Positions 16,747 through 26,877 of a stretch of 35,268 nt of DNA are shown piece by piece. Made by a program: the position numbers and the translations under genes. The notes below the pieces were generated by a model. The model had not been told where the DNA came from, did no database searches, and was given only the letters and a program-made list of their open reading frames with translations. The DNA comes from a plasmid. Each line of letters begins with the position of its first letter. Position 1 is the stretch's first letter. The stretch lies in the sequence record NZ_CP016375.1; one strand, 5' to 3'.

Positions 16747-16988
16747 GTCCACTCTGTTTTGTCAAACTCATTCTCAAAATCTTCTAAAAACTCTGTATCT
16801 TCTAAAGATTTAGCTTTTAGCAACATTTCTTCCCAGCCTGCGCGGGGATTACTCTTAACCGCTTCAATTATTATTTTAGAATCTTCGATGGATAAAGAAA
16901 CTTCTTCTTTAACTTCGGCTTGTTCTAACAGCTTCTTTCCAATAATAATTCCGAAGGAGTTACCTATTTTTCTAACTTTTGTTTTCAT
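16740..16988 (-). CDS. pemI: PemI/MazE-family antitoxin (AbrB/SpoVT fold)
   Basis: 'KVRKIGNSFGIIIGKKLL' swapped-hairpin motif with an acidic C-terminus, immediately 5' of the toxin. Confidence 0.8.
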   Translation of the reverse strand: MKTKVRKIGNSFGIIIGKKLLEQAEVKEEVSLSIEDSKIIIEAVKSNPRAGWEEMLLKAKSLEDTEFLEDFENEFDKTEWTW

Positions 16989-17066
16989 AATTTAAAGTTA
17001 TAACATTATTATAACATACACAAAAAAAATAAGCACTTTTATTAGTGCTTATTTTCTAACTATTTT

Positions 17067-17176
17067 TTATTCGCAAAATTAACACCTGGAAGATCTGCAG
17101 CTTTCATAATTCGTTCGCATTTTTTAATCCAGGTTTTCCAGATCCAAAAGATATCCAAAAAATTATGCGAACAAAA
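17067..17176. repeat. Structured intergenic repeat, copy 3
   Basis: TTATTCGCAAAATtaacacctggaagatctgcagctttcataattcgttcgca...ccagatcc...TTATGCGAACAAAA. The central 35 bp are nearly identical to copy 4. Confidence 0.8.
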
Positions 17177-17178
17177 CC

Positions 17179-17703
17179 CTATTTCTTTTGATCTCTAGTA
17201 TAATTCTTCCAAACAATATAATCTACGAAATCTCCAATTTGTGCATAAGCTGCTTTATTTTGGTGAGGATCACCATAGCCAACATCCTTTTCTATCACAA
17301 ATATTTTAAGCTTCCGGAAAGTATTATAATACTCTAGATATCTCGGCGATTGATTATTAATCTCCTGAACATTGCCCCAACCGTAAGAGCCTTTTACCAA
17401 ATAAAAGTATGAATTTGGAAAAACTCTATCCAAATTCCGGATAAGAAGATTTAAGCCCCTATCAAAATAATTATCATTCACTCCTATACTAATGAAAACA
17501 TTTTTTGCTTCTCTATGTACAGAACTTTTTTCAAGCATTACATTTAACTCGGCCACTCCTATTCCTGACTTTGCTAATGAAGGTAATATTTTTGTTTGTA
17601 CACTATTCTTTGCTAAAAGAAAGCTTTGTGAATCACCTATTATATAAGACGACTGCCCTTTTATTAAAATATTAATTAAAAAAAATATTAGAAAGTATCG
17701 CAT
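17179..17703 (-). CDS. Secreted SGNH/GDSL-family hydrolase-like protein
   Basis: Signal peptide, 'IIGDSQS' (GDS block I), 'GVND' (block III) and a 'DPHQN' (DxxH-like) block. Confidence 0.55.
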   Translation of the reverse strand: MRYFLIFFLINILIKGQSSYIIGDSQSFLLAKNSVQTKILPSLAKSGIGVAELNVMLEKSSVHREAKNVFISIGVNDNYFDRGLNLLIRNLDRVFPNSYFYLVKGSYGWGNVQEINNQSPRYLEYYNTFRKLKIFVIEKDVGYGDPHQNKAAYAQIGDFVDYIVWKNYTRDQKK

Positions 17704-17801
17704 TTTATTGAAAAATTAATAATGATTATCTTTGTGATAATTAAGAGCAAAAATTTGCTTTTAAATGACGTTAATAACTATATATTTAAAATTTACAAAT
17801 T

Positions 17802-18386
17802 ATGAAAAATTTATTTTTAGGTGCTGCAATTATTGCAACAGGTTTATTTTCACTTTCAAAAGCACAAATCCAAAAAGGAAACTGGATGGTAGGTGGAAAT
17901 ATTATAACTTCTGATTTTGGGTTGAAGACAGGAGGTGGTTATAATTTCAATCTTGAACCTAAAGCTGCTTATTTTATTAAAGATAATTTTGCACTAGGAG
18001 GTCAGGTTTCTTTTGGCTTCGGAGGCACTAAAGATGGCCCTACAACTTACACTTATAGCGTTGGTCCAATGGCTAGATATTATTTCAATAATGATCAGGT
18101 TGATAACTTACTAAAACATGGTAGATTTTTCGTGGAGGGCAATGCTGGAATAGGGGGCGAAAGCACAACAAAGGGAGGAAACTCTACAACAGGTCTTAAT
18201 TTAGGAGTAGGACCAGGTTATGCTTATTTTATTTCATCAAATGTGGCAGTTGAAGCATTAGTAAAATATAATGGAGTTGTTGGATTTGGAAATACAGCAG
18301 GATCTTCAAGAATTGGATTCAATGTAGGATTCCAAATTTACTTACCTACATCAAAAGTAAAAACAATTACTAGAGGTGAGAGATAA
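17802..18386 (+). CDS. Outer-membrane beta-barrel protein (OmpW/opacity-like small porin family)
   Basis: Signal peptide, alternating hydrophobic/Gly-rich strands, C-terminal 'GFNVGFQIYL' aromatic-ending strand. Confidence 0.55.
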   Translation: MKNLFLGAAIIATGLFSLSKAQIQKGNWMVGGNIITSDFGLKTGGGYNFNLEPKAAYFIKDNFALGGQVSFGFGGTKDGPTTYTYSVGPMARYYFNNDQVDNLLKHGRFFVEGNAGIGGESTTKGGNSTTGLNLGVGPGYAYFISSNVAVEALVKYNGVVGFGNTAGSSRIGFNVGFQIYLPTSKVKTITRGER

Positions 18387-18410
18387 AAAATTTATTTCTT
18401 ACATTTGTAA

Positions 18411-18482
18411 TAGAAAAAGGTGTGCTTAAAAACCTTTTTCATTTTGTATGAGGAAAGGGCTGATTATTCAGCCCTTTCTTAT
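18411..18482. terminator. Bidirectional terminator region between convergent genes (two hairpins)
   Basis: aaaaaggt-n10-acctttttc and gaaagggctga-ttat-tcagccctttc, flanked by T/A runs. Confidence 0.6.
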
Positions 18483-19937
18483 TTATTTATTTTGAGTTTG
18501 TATTAAAGCACTTCCTTCTATTTTCTCATATCTCCCTTGGGTATCATAAACAAAAATAACGTATCTGCCACTTTTTACATCATCATTATTTCTATTGTTT
18601 TTATCCAAACTTTGATCATCATCAATCTGTCTGTCTTTTTCATCTACTTTTTCCGGAAAATCATTATAGTCAATAGTATATGAGTGTTTTGTTTCCGCCC
18701 AATCTCTAAATTGAAAATATGTTTCTACTACAATTTTAGATATTTTATTTCCTGCTCCTGTGTTTGCATTTACAGATATTTTAGCTCCTTTGTAAGAAAT
18801 CCAACTTGTGTCAAAATTTTGATAAGTTCCTTTATGTTTATCTACTAATAAAACAACACTCCCACTATTAATTTTTATAGGATTATCTACTTTTATTTGA
18901 AATTGTTTTACATCTGATTCATTACCAAATTCATCTTTTAATTGAATATTAAGAGTATAATCTCCTGTTTTTAAAGCTTGCAAATCTAGTTTCAATTGGT
19001 TATTATCTCCTAAAGCATATTGTTGATATGTACCGTTTGTAGTGGTAATTCCATCTGCTATAACATTTTGTCCTGATACCCATGTTTTATAGAATAAATC
19101 TCCTGATACTTTTGGATTCTTTTTAACAACAGCTTGTAATGAAAATCTTTGATTAGGTTCTAAAACATTTTTTGAAATAGAAGCATCTCCATCAAAAGAA
19201 ACAGTTCTAGCCAAAATATTTTGTTGAATATCCAGATCTCTTGATACTGTAGTATTTTTTATTGTATACGATAATTTTGATTGCCCAATTTTGGTGGATA
19301 ATGTAGAAATAGAAAAATTTGAAATATCATTAATTGGATACTCTTTGCCTAGCTCTACATTACCTCCTTCAAATTTAATCTTTCCATCAAAAGAATTAAA
19401 TTTGATACTGTACCCTTTTGTGTCTGTATTTTTAGCAGGTGTTATTTTTCCTACGTATGATATTTCTTGCCCCTGATAAAAGTCGCCATTTCCACCTTCC
19501 AATTTTACTTGAAAATCACTTACTCCATATTTCAACTCAAATTCTTCTGTCTGTGATTGATCTTTAGCATTTTTAGCCGAAATTTTAAGTTTATGAGTTC
19601 CGGCCTCATTCCCTGTATATTTTAGAATATTGCTCGCACTTTTTAACTCATATTCCTTATTTTGTTCCAAAGTTATGTCTCCTAATTTCAACACTCCGTT
19701 CAAATCCCCAGAGTACTTAATTACCATAGGAACAGTTGCAAAATCATAGTTTGCTTTAATATTAAACTTAATATCTGTAGTTTCTCCAACAGCTTTCTCC
19801 TGGAAGTCTTTATCTCTTTCTACTGTAAATCCAAATTGTCCGTTGGTTTGGTTATTACCCCAATCGCCATCAGAACGGCAGGAATTAAAAAGAAATAATG
19901 ATAATATAGTTACGAATAAAAAAAATGTCTTTTTCAT
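18483..19937 (-). CDS. Surface lipoprotein with repeated beta-sandwich-like segments, last gene of the tra operon (function unknown; adhesin/mating-pair candidate)
   Basis: Lipobox-like 'LFNSC'. S/T/G/N-rich with repeated 'KLxxGxxxLE / KFxxGN' segments. Confidence 0.5.
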   Translation of the reverse strand: MKKTFFLFVTILSLFLFNSCRSDGDWGNNQTNGQFGFTVERDKDFQEKAVGETTDIKFNIKANYDFATVPMVIKYSGDLNGVLKLGDITLEQNKEYELKSASNILKYTGNEAGTHKLKISAKNAKDQSQTEEFELKYGVSDFQVKLEGGNGDFYQGQEISYVGKITPAKNTDTKGYSIKFNSFDGKIKFEGGNVELGKEYPINDISNFSISTLSTKIGQSKLSYTIKNTTVSRDLDIQQNILARTVSFDGDASISKNVLEPNQRFSLQAVVKKNPKVSGDLFYKTWVSGQNVIADGITTTNGTYQQYALGDNNQLKLDLQALKTGDYTLNIQLKDEFGNESDVKQFQIKVDNPIKINSGSVVLLVDKHKGTYQNFDTSWISYKGAKISVNANTGAGNKISKIVVETYFQFRDWAETKHSYTIDYNDFPEKVDEKDRQIDDDQSLDKNNRNNDDVKSGRYVIFVYDTQGRYEKIEGSALIQTQNK

Positions 19938-19958
19938 AATTTGAATTTTTGTGATTAA

Positions 19959-20531
19959 TTAATTTACATAAAATCTTAAGCCTCCGAATATCCCATAGCT
20001 TCCCTTAGAAAACTTAGATTGCATGTCATAAAATTGATTGTAATTAGCAATGAAGCTTAGCTTAGTAGGGATTAAAGCAACTTCAACTTCTGCTGTTCCG
20101 GAAATACCATAAGTAAATCCTTTTACTTTATCCGGAATCCTAGCATTAAATAACGGATCATTCTCATTTCCGTTATTAATCTTTTCATACCCTGCGAAAA
20201 CTCCGGCAAATGCATTAAGATAAACAGGCTTTAGTCCTTCATAAGTCCATCCCGCCTGAACGTTAACACCGTAACGTTCGTAGGCAAGTCTTTGATTATT
20301 GGAATAATCAACCTCGTACTTTCCATAGATAGCCTCTGCTTTTCCTAGCCATCCTTTTTCATTAAATACCTTAAGATAACCTACATTAGCCATAAATGCA
20401 GCTTCTTTAGTATCGCTCATAGATGGCATAAAACCATATTGAGCATGAATACCACTCTGTCCATTTCGACGTCCCTGTGCAAATCCAAGAACGCTTACTA
20501 AAAGAAATAAAAATAACGCTTGTCTTTTCAT
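19959..20531 (-). CDS. traO: Conjugative-transposon-type TraO-like protein (small OM protein)
   Basis: Signal peptide, about 190 aa, aromatic C-terminus 'GGLRFYVN'. Its position after the TraN-like gene follows Bacteroidetes tra order. Confidence 0.45.
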   Translation of the reverse strand: MKRQALFLFLLVSVLGFAQGRRNGQSGIHAQYGFMPSMSDTKEAAFMANVGYLKVFNEKGWLGKAEAIYGKYEVDYSNNQRLAYERYGVNVQAGWTYEGLKPVYLNAFAGVFAGYEKINNGNENDPLFNARIPDKVKGFTYGISGTAEVEVALIPTKLSFIANYNQFYDMQSKFSKGSYGIFGGLRFYVN

Positions 20532-20553
20532 ATTGTGCGATTTAAAAATTTGT

Positions 20554-21240
20554 TTAATTAATATATTCTGCCCCGTTTATATATTTTGAGGCAATAGGTA
20601 CAATGATTATCCTTTCCCCATCCTGCTCCTGAATGGTCATTTGTAAAACACTTCTTTCAGAAACGGTAAACTTATCAAATACAAAAATTAATTTCTGCTT
20701 AGATTTTTTCATAAGCTTTGAAAAATCTGTTTGCCAGATTGCAGGGACTTCTTTATTCAAATCCTTACTTCCTTTATCATCATCAATGCTTCTTTTTTCA
20801 AATGAAATAACTTCGATATCATAATTAATATTCGTTGTATTTTGCATTTCAACCATGATAAAAATTTTCTCTTTTCCGCTCCAAACTCCTTTTAAATAAG
20901 CCCATACCCCACGATTCCCATAAGAATTTCTGTTACTAATCCACCCTTTTTTATTTTCCAGTTTTTTTACCAGTGGCATATAAGATTCCTCCTCCGTAGC
21001 TTTTGGTTGATCTGCTTTTGGTTCTGTCTGTACTGGTTGGCTAACAGGTGTAGCAATATTTGATATAACAGCAGTACTATCTTGTACTATGGGTACTTTA
21101 TGAGCAGGTTTTTGAACCACTGTTTTTTTCCCCTTGGTAGTCTTCTTATAAGTCTTCTTTTTCATTTGGGCACTCATAGAAATGCTTAATAAAGCTAGCC
21201 CGGTTAAAATAATTTTTCTCATATATGTTTTACTTTTCAT
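20554..21240 (-). CDS. traN: TraN-like (VirB9-like) T4SS protein
   Basis: Signal peptide and position between the TraM-like and TraO-like genes. At 228 aa it is shorter than typical TraN. Confidence 0.45.
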   Translation of the reverse strand: MKSKTYMRKIILTGLALLSISMSAQMKKKTYKKTTKGKKTVVQKPAHKVPIVQDSTAVISNIATPVSQPVQTEPKADQPKATEEESYMPLVKKLENKKGWISNRNSYGNRGVWAYLKGVWSGKEKIFIMVEMQNTTNINYDIEVISFEKRSIDDDKGSKDLNKEVPAIWQTDFSKLMKKSKQKLIFVFDKFTVSERSVLQMTIQEQDGERIIIVPIASKYINGAEYIN

Positions 21241-22382
21241 TAATAAACTAAAATTATCGCTCTTGTTCCAGGATTTAATTTTATAGGTTCTTGGCCAGAA
21301 TCTCTTCTTCCCCCGGAAACAACACCGCTTAATACTCCACCTACTACAGGAATACGACTTATTGCATTATTGGCCACTTGGCCGCCGGCATCCTTTGCGC
21401 TCTCTCCTAATCGGCTTCTACCTTTTCCACCACCTATATAAATACCTTCTATCCCGTCTTCTGCCAGAACTTTTACATTCGCCTGATATATTTTCTTATT
21501 TATGTTAATGGTCTGAACATCCACTAGCATACGTCCGTTTTCTTCCTTTACTGTTCCGGATATAGCCTGACCTTTTTTAACCTGTTGTCCGGCTATTGTT
21601 GTAGGTTCTAATAATACCAAGGTAACTTTACTTCCATCTGTTGCATATCCGGAAGAAATAAGACTTGCCGGAATTTGTTTTGCTGCAGCTATACTTTTTG
21701 ATGGTTGCTGATAACTTGGTGTAGAAATTTCCTCTACTGCCGGAGCTTTCGTTTTTGAGACTACAGGAGTTTCATCGTACTTTTCTTGTGGAATAGGCTG
21801 TTTCCATTTCTTTTCCGAGTAACCAATTTTACTATTTGCAGGTTCTCGGTTTTGCCACATATCATAATCTCCGTAAACATTATGAGCGTTGGATGCTGTA
21901 GAATTATTAGAACTTCCAGAACCTGAATTACCCGAATTGCTTTTATTAGAACTGGCAGAGAGTTGACGATCTAAATTCGCCAGTTCAGCATCATAATTTC
22001 CTGTAGAAGTATTGGTCTGTGCTTGATCTGTTTGATCAGGCGTTGAAGGCTGCAAACTAAAATTTTGATCTTGTGATTGATCTGCAGTCTTATTAACAGC
22101 ATCAAGCTTATTGTTATATTTTATTAATTCCGATTCCGGAGTAGTAAAATCATCAATTGCATTATCTTTCTTATCATCAGAAAAGACCAAAGCCACAAAA
22201 GCACCTCCAAATACTAAAACTAAAAGAGGAATGGCAATATAATTTGTCTTCTGTTTTAAAGTAAGAGAATCAAGCTTTTTCTTTAGATCGGAGAAAACAC
22301 TCTTTTTATGAGTATTTTCACTATTACCATTATTGTTATTATTATTGTCCATTTTCTTTCGGGTTTTGATTAATGGCCTCAT
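21240..22382 (-). CDS. traM: TraM-like (VirB10-like) T4SS protein. An alternative start at MDNNNNN (22352) gives an 11-nt overlap with traK.
   Basis: N-terminal TM segment, long low-complexity Q/N/S-rich linker and a conserved C-terminal beta domain, as in Bacteroidetes TraM. Confidence 0.6.
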   Translation of the reverse strand: MRPLIKTRKKMDNNNNNNGNSENTHKKSVFSDLKKKLDSLTLKQKTNYIAIPLLVLVFGGAFVALVFSDDKKDNAIDDFTTPESELIKYNNKLDAVNKTADQSQDQNFSLQPSTPDQTDQAQTNTSTGNYDAELANLDRQLSASSNKSNSGNSGSGSSNNSTASNAHNVYGDYDMWQNREPANSKIGYSEKKWKQPIPQEKYDETPVVSKTKAPAVEEISTPSYQQPSKSIAAAKQIPASLISSGYATDGSKVTLVLLEPTTIAGQQVKKGQAISGTVKEENGRMLVDVQTININKKIYQANVKVLAEDGIEGIYIGGGKGRSRLGESAKDAGGQVANNAISRIPVVGGVLSGVVSGGRRDSGQEPIKLNPGTRAIILVY

Positions 22383-23055
22383 TAGATGTGTTTACATCAT
22401 TCTTAAGCTCTTCATCTATCTTATCCGTCTTCGCTATTTTTTCCAAATCTTCTGTAAAATTGGTAATTAAGAAACCATAGGGGTTATAAGGATAATTTCT
22501 ATTTGTCTCTACTAAAGTCATATTAACCTTTGCATTATAGTACTCTTCCTGATCTCCATTAACTCGAGTTATCCTAACGACAAAAGATGCATTATATGGA
22601 GGTTGGTTTGATAACTGCAGGGTATTTTGTAAAATATAAGCAGATTGCTTTAGCCCCTGCATAGTCATAAACAAATCAAAATACCCCTTAGAAGCTCTAT
22701 CCTTTATAACTTTTGTGGGCTGTTCTCCTACAAGCCAATAAACACGCTCTCTTTTTCTTTTCATAGAGTAACTATCCAAATCATAATATTGACTTACAAA
22801 ATACTCTATATCGGCTTTGGCCTGAATTCGTTTTCCTTCTTCATTCTCGAGCTTCTTAAGAGGAACCATATTTCCACTCTCTGAAATCCCATAGATATTA
22901 TTAGAACTCATTTGGTAAACAGAAATAACCTGATAAGCAGAGGCAAAAATCACCACTATACCTATAATTACTACCGCCCAAAGGGTTTTGTTATATTTTT
23001 TAAGAACAGCATAAAAATCCATTCCGTAGCTTATTTTCTTATTATTATCACTCAT
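22342..23055 (-). CDS. traK: TraK-like (VirB8-like) T4SS protein
   Basis: Single N-terminal TM segment, about 237 aa, located between TraJ and TraM. Confidence 0.6.
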   Translation of the reverse strand: MSDNNKKISYGMDFYAVLKKYNKTLWAVVIIGIVVIFASAYQVISVYQMSSNNIYGISESGNMVPLKKLENEEGKRIQAKADIEYFVSQYYDLDSYSMKRKRERVYWLVGEQPTKVIKDRASKGYFDLFMTMQGLKQSAYILQNTLQLSNQPPYNASFVVRITRVNGDQEEYYNAKVNMTLVETNRNYPYNPYGFLITNFTEDLEKIAKTDKIDEELKNDVNTSNEAINQNPKENGQ

Positions 23056-23057
23056 AA

Positions 23058-23867
23058 TTATTGGAACATATTTGAAACATAGCTCGTCACTACTGAAAAT
23101 AATTTAACTTTTATCGTAAAGGTTACAATGATTGTGACAAGCAAACCAAAACTATAAAAGCTCATGGCGGTAAAACCGATATCGGCTTTGGTATCAAATT
23201 GATTAGCCAGACTTAAACCTACCATTGTCGTAAATTTTATGATCCCTATATAGGCAATTCCAAGAATAAAGATTCCGATGTATCTCATAATCCAGGAATA
23301 AAAGAATTTTCCGAACTGTGAAGATGTTGAAAAGGCAATAGCTAAGGGAAATAAAAACTTTAGAAGCTGTAAAATAAAAACTCTTTGTAACAAATACCCG
23401 GCTGTTATAGATAAATCCGCAATCTTACAAAGACCTGCCAAAACAGCAGCTACAATTAACATCGCTATAGCAAAACCGTTAGAGATATAAGCCTCTATAA
23501 TTGCCAAACTATCCAGAAATCCTGTCTGGCCTGTAGGAATTAATTCTGTATACTTCGTCCAGATCTGTTCAGATAATTTACTGTACAGGTCTGTTTGAGT
23601 AGAAGCCATTGTTTTATCAACTCCGGCAAAGGCCTTTTCAATAGCTTTTATTACCCAATCACTCGACATTATAATAAAACCAAACCCTAAGACATTTAAA
23701 GAACCTCCCATTTTAGGTTGCCCATCATAATTGTCTTTTGAATACTGATCTATCAAACGAAGTAATAAGAAAAATAAGGCCACTATCTTAGCTCCTGTGA
23801 TTCCCGCACCGAATAAAGTATTGGAATCTATTTTATTCATCAGATCATTTATAAATGCAAAATCCAT
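23058..23867 (-). CDS. traJ: TraJ-like (VirB6-like polytopic membrane) T4SS protein
   Basis: Five to six predicted TM helices and the expected position. Confidence 0.65.
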   Translation of the reverse strand: MDFAFINDLMNKIDSNTLFGAGITGAKIVALFFLLLRLIDQYSKDNYDGQPKMGGSLNVLGFGFIIMSSDWVIKAIEKAFAGVDKTMASTQTDLYSKLSEQIWTKYTELIPTGQTGFLDSLAIIEAYISNGFAIAMLIVAAVLAGLCKIADLSITAGYLLQRVFILQLLKFLFPLAIAFSTSSQFGKFFYSWIMRYIGIFILGIAYIGIIKFTTMVGLSLANQFDTKADIGFTAMSFYSFGLLVTIIVTFTIKVKLFSVVTSYVSNMFQ

Positions 23868-24376
23868 TATTGTGCGTATTTTCTAATTATCATATAAGCT
23901 CTGAAAGCTTGTGTTTTCTGATCTCTAATAATATCCATTCTTTCTTTATCACTCATCGAAAAGAAATTACTTGTTAATACCTTTTGTACAAACTGCAGAG
24001 TTCTGCTAAGTGTAGATAAAGAATTGCTAATATCATTCAGCGCAACCTTTTTAAATTCATTCGTTTTAAAATCTGATAATCTGGATTTAATACGTACAGC
24101 CGTTGCAATTGATTCTTTCTGCATGGTGACAATATCTCTGATCTCCTGCATATCTCCTACAACTGAATTTACTTTGTCAACCTTATCTTTCATTTTCCCT
24201 AATAATTCCAGTTGTCCCGTTTGCTTATCAAGAATCGAAATTGTTTTGGTAAGCTCCGAATTCGAAATAGCAATAGATTTTTCCAGTGCCATTTGCACTC
24301 CTGGGTCAGAAACCACTACTTGAGATTTTGCAAGAGCAAAACCCACAAATCCTATTATTAATAATACTTTTTTCAT
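23867..24376 (-). CDS. TraI/TraH-like small secreted T4SS component
   Basis: Signal peptide, 169 aa, coupled between TraG and TraJ. Confidence 0.4.
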   Translation of the reverse strand: MKKVLLIIGFVGFALAKSQVVVSDPGVQMALEKSIAISNSELTKTISILDKQTGQLELLGKMKDKVDKVNSVVGDMQEIRDIVTMQKESIATAVRIKSRLSDFKTNEFKKVALNDISNSLSTLSRTLQFVQKVLTSNFFSMSDKERMDIIRDQKTQAFRAYMIIRKYAQ

Positions 24377-26877
24377 TATGCTGTGATTTTAAAGGTTTTT
24401 TCAACAAATTGAGTAATTAAATAATCTCCGACCTTAGATTCATCTTCATTTTCTTGTTTTACAACATCAGCCCACTCAATAACAATTTTTTCTTTCTCCA
24501 TAATGATATCAATAGCCTGTTCCATTGTCATATCAGGATCGGAATTATAGATTTTCATTAAAACAGAATTTAGTAATCCTTCGGTTTGATAAGCCCAGAA
24601 TACTTTTCTTGGCACTTCTAATCGATACACTCCAAATTGTTTTCCTCTCTTTATAAAAACTTCGGAATGTGGATGCACCGGATCACTATATTTGTTTTCC
24701 AAGCTTTCCATTTGGTAGAGGGCATGAGTAGAAAGCCCGAATCGTTCCTGAATAGCTTTATAATTTGCTCCGGAAAGAACAAACATAACTTCGCAGTTAT
24801 CAATAATTGATAGAGAAGCCGGATTATCTTTGGGCAACTGATTTATGGTCTGTAAAACCAAGAACAAAGCACCTTCCTGTTTTCTAATTGCTTGGAAAAG
24901 CCATTCCGCCTGACGTAGCATTCCTTCCCATTTCAATAACTCCGCAAACTCTTCCAAGAATACATATCCTCTGGTAGATTTATCCCTCCAAATAACCCTC
25001 TTAATCGTTGTATTAATTACCTTTAACATTAGGGTAACCAATAATTGATTATCCCGGATTTTATCTAATTCAAATACAACAAGTTTTTTATTATAAAGTT
25101 CAGCTCCATAAGAAAGCCCAGTTTCGCTATTATACAAGAAGCTATATAAACCATTATCTACAAACTCAGACATCATCAGTACAAACTCATCATCATCAAA
25201 AAATTCTTTTTTGATATCTAAAAGAGGAAGCAGATCTTTTCTGTATTTAATAAAATTCTTCACGAAATGTGGTAAAGAATGACCTGTACTAAAATTATCA
25301 TAATAGTGATCTAAGATTCTACGTAAAGACGCTTTTTCCTGTTGATTCATTCTATTGTCAACCCTTTTAAAATGCACCTCTATGAAATCCAAAAGCTCTT
25401 CAATTTTATCTGCAGATACCTGTTCCCCGTCTACTAATTCAAAAGGATTTATTCCTAAATTATCTCCCTCGTTATAACTTATATAAGCAACATCATTAGG
25501 AAAAATCGCTGCTAACTTCTGATAACTACCTCCAAGATCAATAATGACATTCCTGTAATTATTGGCCAAAGCAAAAGCTGAAATATGGTTAGTATTAAAA
25601 GACTTCCCCCCTCCGGTTTTGGTAATAATTACCCCACTTCTGGAATCCATGTATTTTTTTGCTGAATCCCATAAATCGACAATTACAGGGGTATTATCTA
25701 ATCGTGAATTATAAAGCACTCCGACAGAATCATTTTTGTATCTCCCGGTATTTAGTAAAAATGAACTAAATACCTCCGTTGTCGCCACATAAACATGCTC
25801 ATCTAAAAACATGGAGGCATTTAGTGGATAACTAAACTCATATTGCGCCAATAAATTATCACCATAAGGTCTTTCTGCTATAATATCTAATTCTTTAAAC
25901 CTTTCCGAAGTAGTATTCATTCTTCTTTCCAATTCCTCTTCATCTTTACCAAAAATGATAACACTATTATATCCTCTAATAAGGCGAGTATGAGATTGGT
26001 TCTCGGTAAGGTCGAGAATCATTTCAGAAGTTTTATCAAACCAATGTTGATTCCCTGGGTCAAATCTTCTATAATCCCTAAACTGATTATTCGTTTTTTT
26101 GAGCTTATTGAGATGAACATCTTTCTTATCAATGAATGCAATCTGGTTATAGATATGGGTAAACGGTAAATCAAAAGAAAAATTATCCCCATAGTTTTTA
26201 AAGAAAGTATAGTTATCTTTTGTTTTTTCACCATCCTTAATACAGGTTTTAAACTTTTCCGGAAAATTTTGCTCATGTGGAAATCTAAGAAGTGATCCAT
26301 ACTGATTCCCTATTCTGATGTGTGACCATTCTTTTTTAATCTCTGTTTTATAGTTTGTATTTAGTCCACTGAATATCAACTCGTAATATTTGTTTAAATA
26401 GTCCTTTTCTAAAGGTTCTATTACAATTCTATTATTATTCTTTAATCTAACATTTCTAAGGTAAGAGACACATTCATTTACTGCAGGAATAAATGAATTA
26501 ATTTTTTCGTCAAACTCCTGAAATTCTTTTTTTACAGCAGGCCGAAACGGATTTTTAAGTTTAGAAAAATTGATATCCTCATTCTTTTTGATAAAGAAAA
26601 TATTAGTAACATGATTTAAAAAATCCATGCCATTATAGTAATCTTTGGTAGATTTTTGAATAAAGTTTTTTTCAGGAAATCCAGATGTATCAAATTTATC
26701 TTCGGTGAAAATATCCTGTTTAAAAAATACTGAACCATCCGGTAAATCTCTTAGAGCTTTCGCCCATAAAGCATTGAGCTCGTCATAATCATCCTCTCCT
26801 AACGAATAACGTTCCGGAAGAATTATCCTGTATCCGAGCATAAAATTACCGCTATGTCCAAAACTATAATTTTCCAT
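24376..26877 (-). CDS. traG: TraG-family conjugation ATPase (VirB4 homologue)
   Basis: 833 aa, Walker A 'TKTGGGKSF'. Size and position match the Bacteroidetes TraG/VirB4. Confidence 0.9.
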   Translation of the reverse strand: MENYSFGHSGNFMLGYRIILPERYSLGEDDYDELNALWAKALRDLPDGSVFFKQDIFTEDKFDTSGFPEKNFIQKSTKDYYNGMDFLNHVTNIFFIKKNEDINFSKLKNPFRPAVKKEFQEFDEKINSFIPAVNECVSYLRNVRLKNNNRIVIEPLEKDYLNKYYELIFSGLNTNYKTEIKKEWSHIRIGNQYGSLLRFPHEQNFPEKFKTCIKDGEKTKDNYTFFKNYGDNFSFDLPFTHIYNQIAFIDKKDVHLNKLKKTNNQFRDYRRFDPGNQHWFDKTSEMILDLTENQSHTRLIRGYNSVIIFGKDEEELERRMNTTSERFKELDIIAERPYGDNLLAQYEFSYPLNASMFLDEHVYVATTEVFSSFLLNTGRYKNDSVGVLYNSRLDNTPVIVDLWDSAKKYMDSRSGVIITKTGGGKSFNTNHISAFALANNYRNVIIDLGGSYQKLAAIFPNDVAYISYNEGDNLGINPFELVDGEQVSADKIEELLDFIEVHFKRVDNRMNQQEKASLRRILDHYYDNFSTGHSLPHFVKNFIKYRKDLLPLLDIKKEFFDDDEFVLMMSEFVDNGLYSFLYNSETGLSYGAELYNKKLVVFELDKIRDNQLLVTLMLKVINTTIKRVIWRDKSTRGYVFLEEFAELLKWEGMLRQAEWLFQAIRKQEGALFLVLQTINQLPKDNPASLSIIDNCEVMFVLSGANYKAIQERFGLSTHALYQMESLENKYSDPVHPHSEVFIKRGKQFGVYRLEVPRKVFWAYQTEGLLNSVLMKIYNSDPDMTMEQAIDIIMEKEKIVIEWADVVKQENEDESKVGDYLITQFVEKTFKITA

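Noticed and set aside
24024-24323. 99-aa plus-strand ORF
   Set aside because: Antisense to the TraI-like gene. Cys/Ser/Phe-rich, with no start context.
26019-26300. 93-aa minus-strand ORF inside traG
   Set aside because: Embedded out-of-frame within the 833-aa VirB4-like gene.
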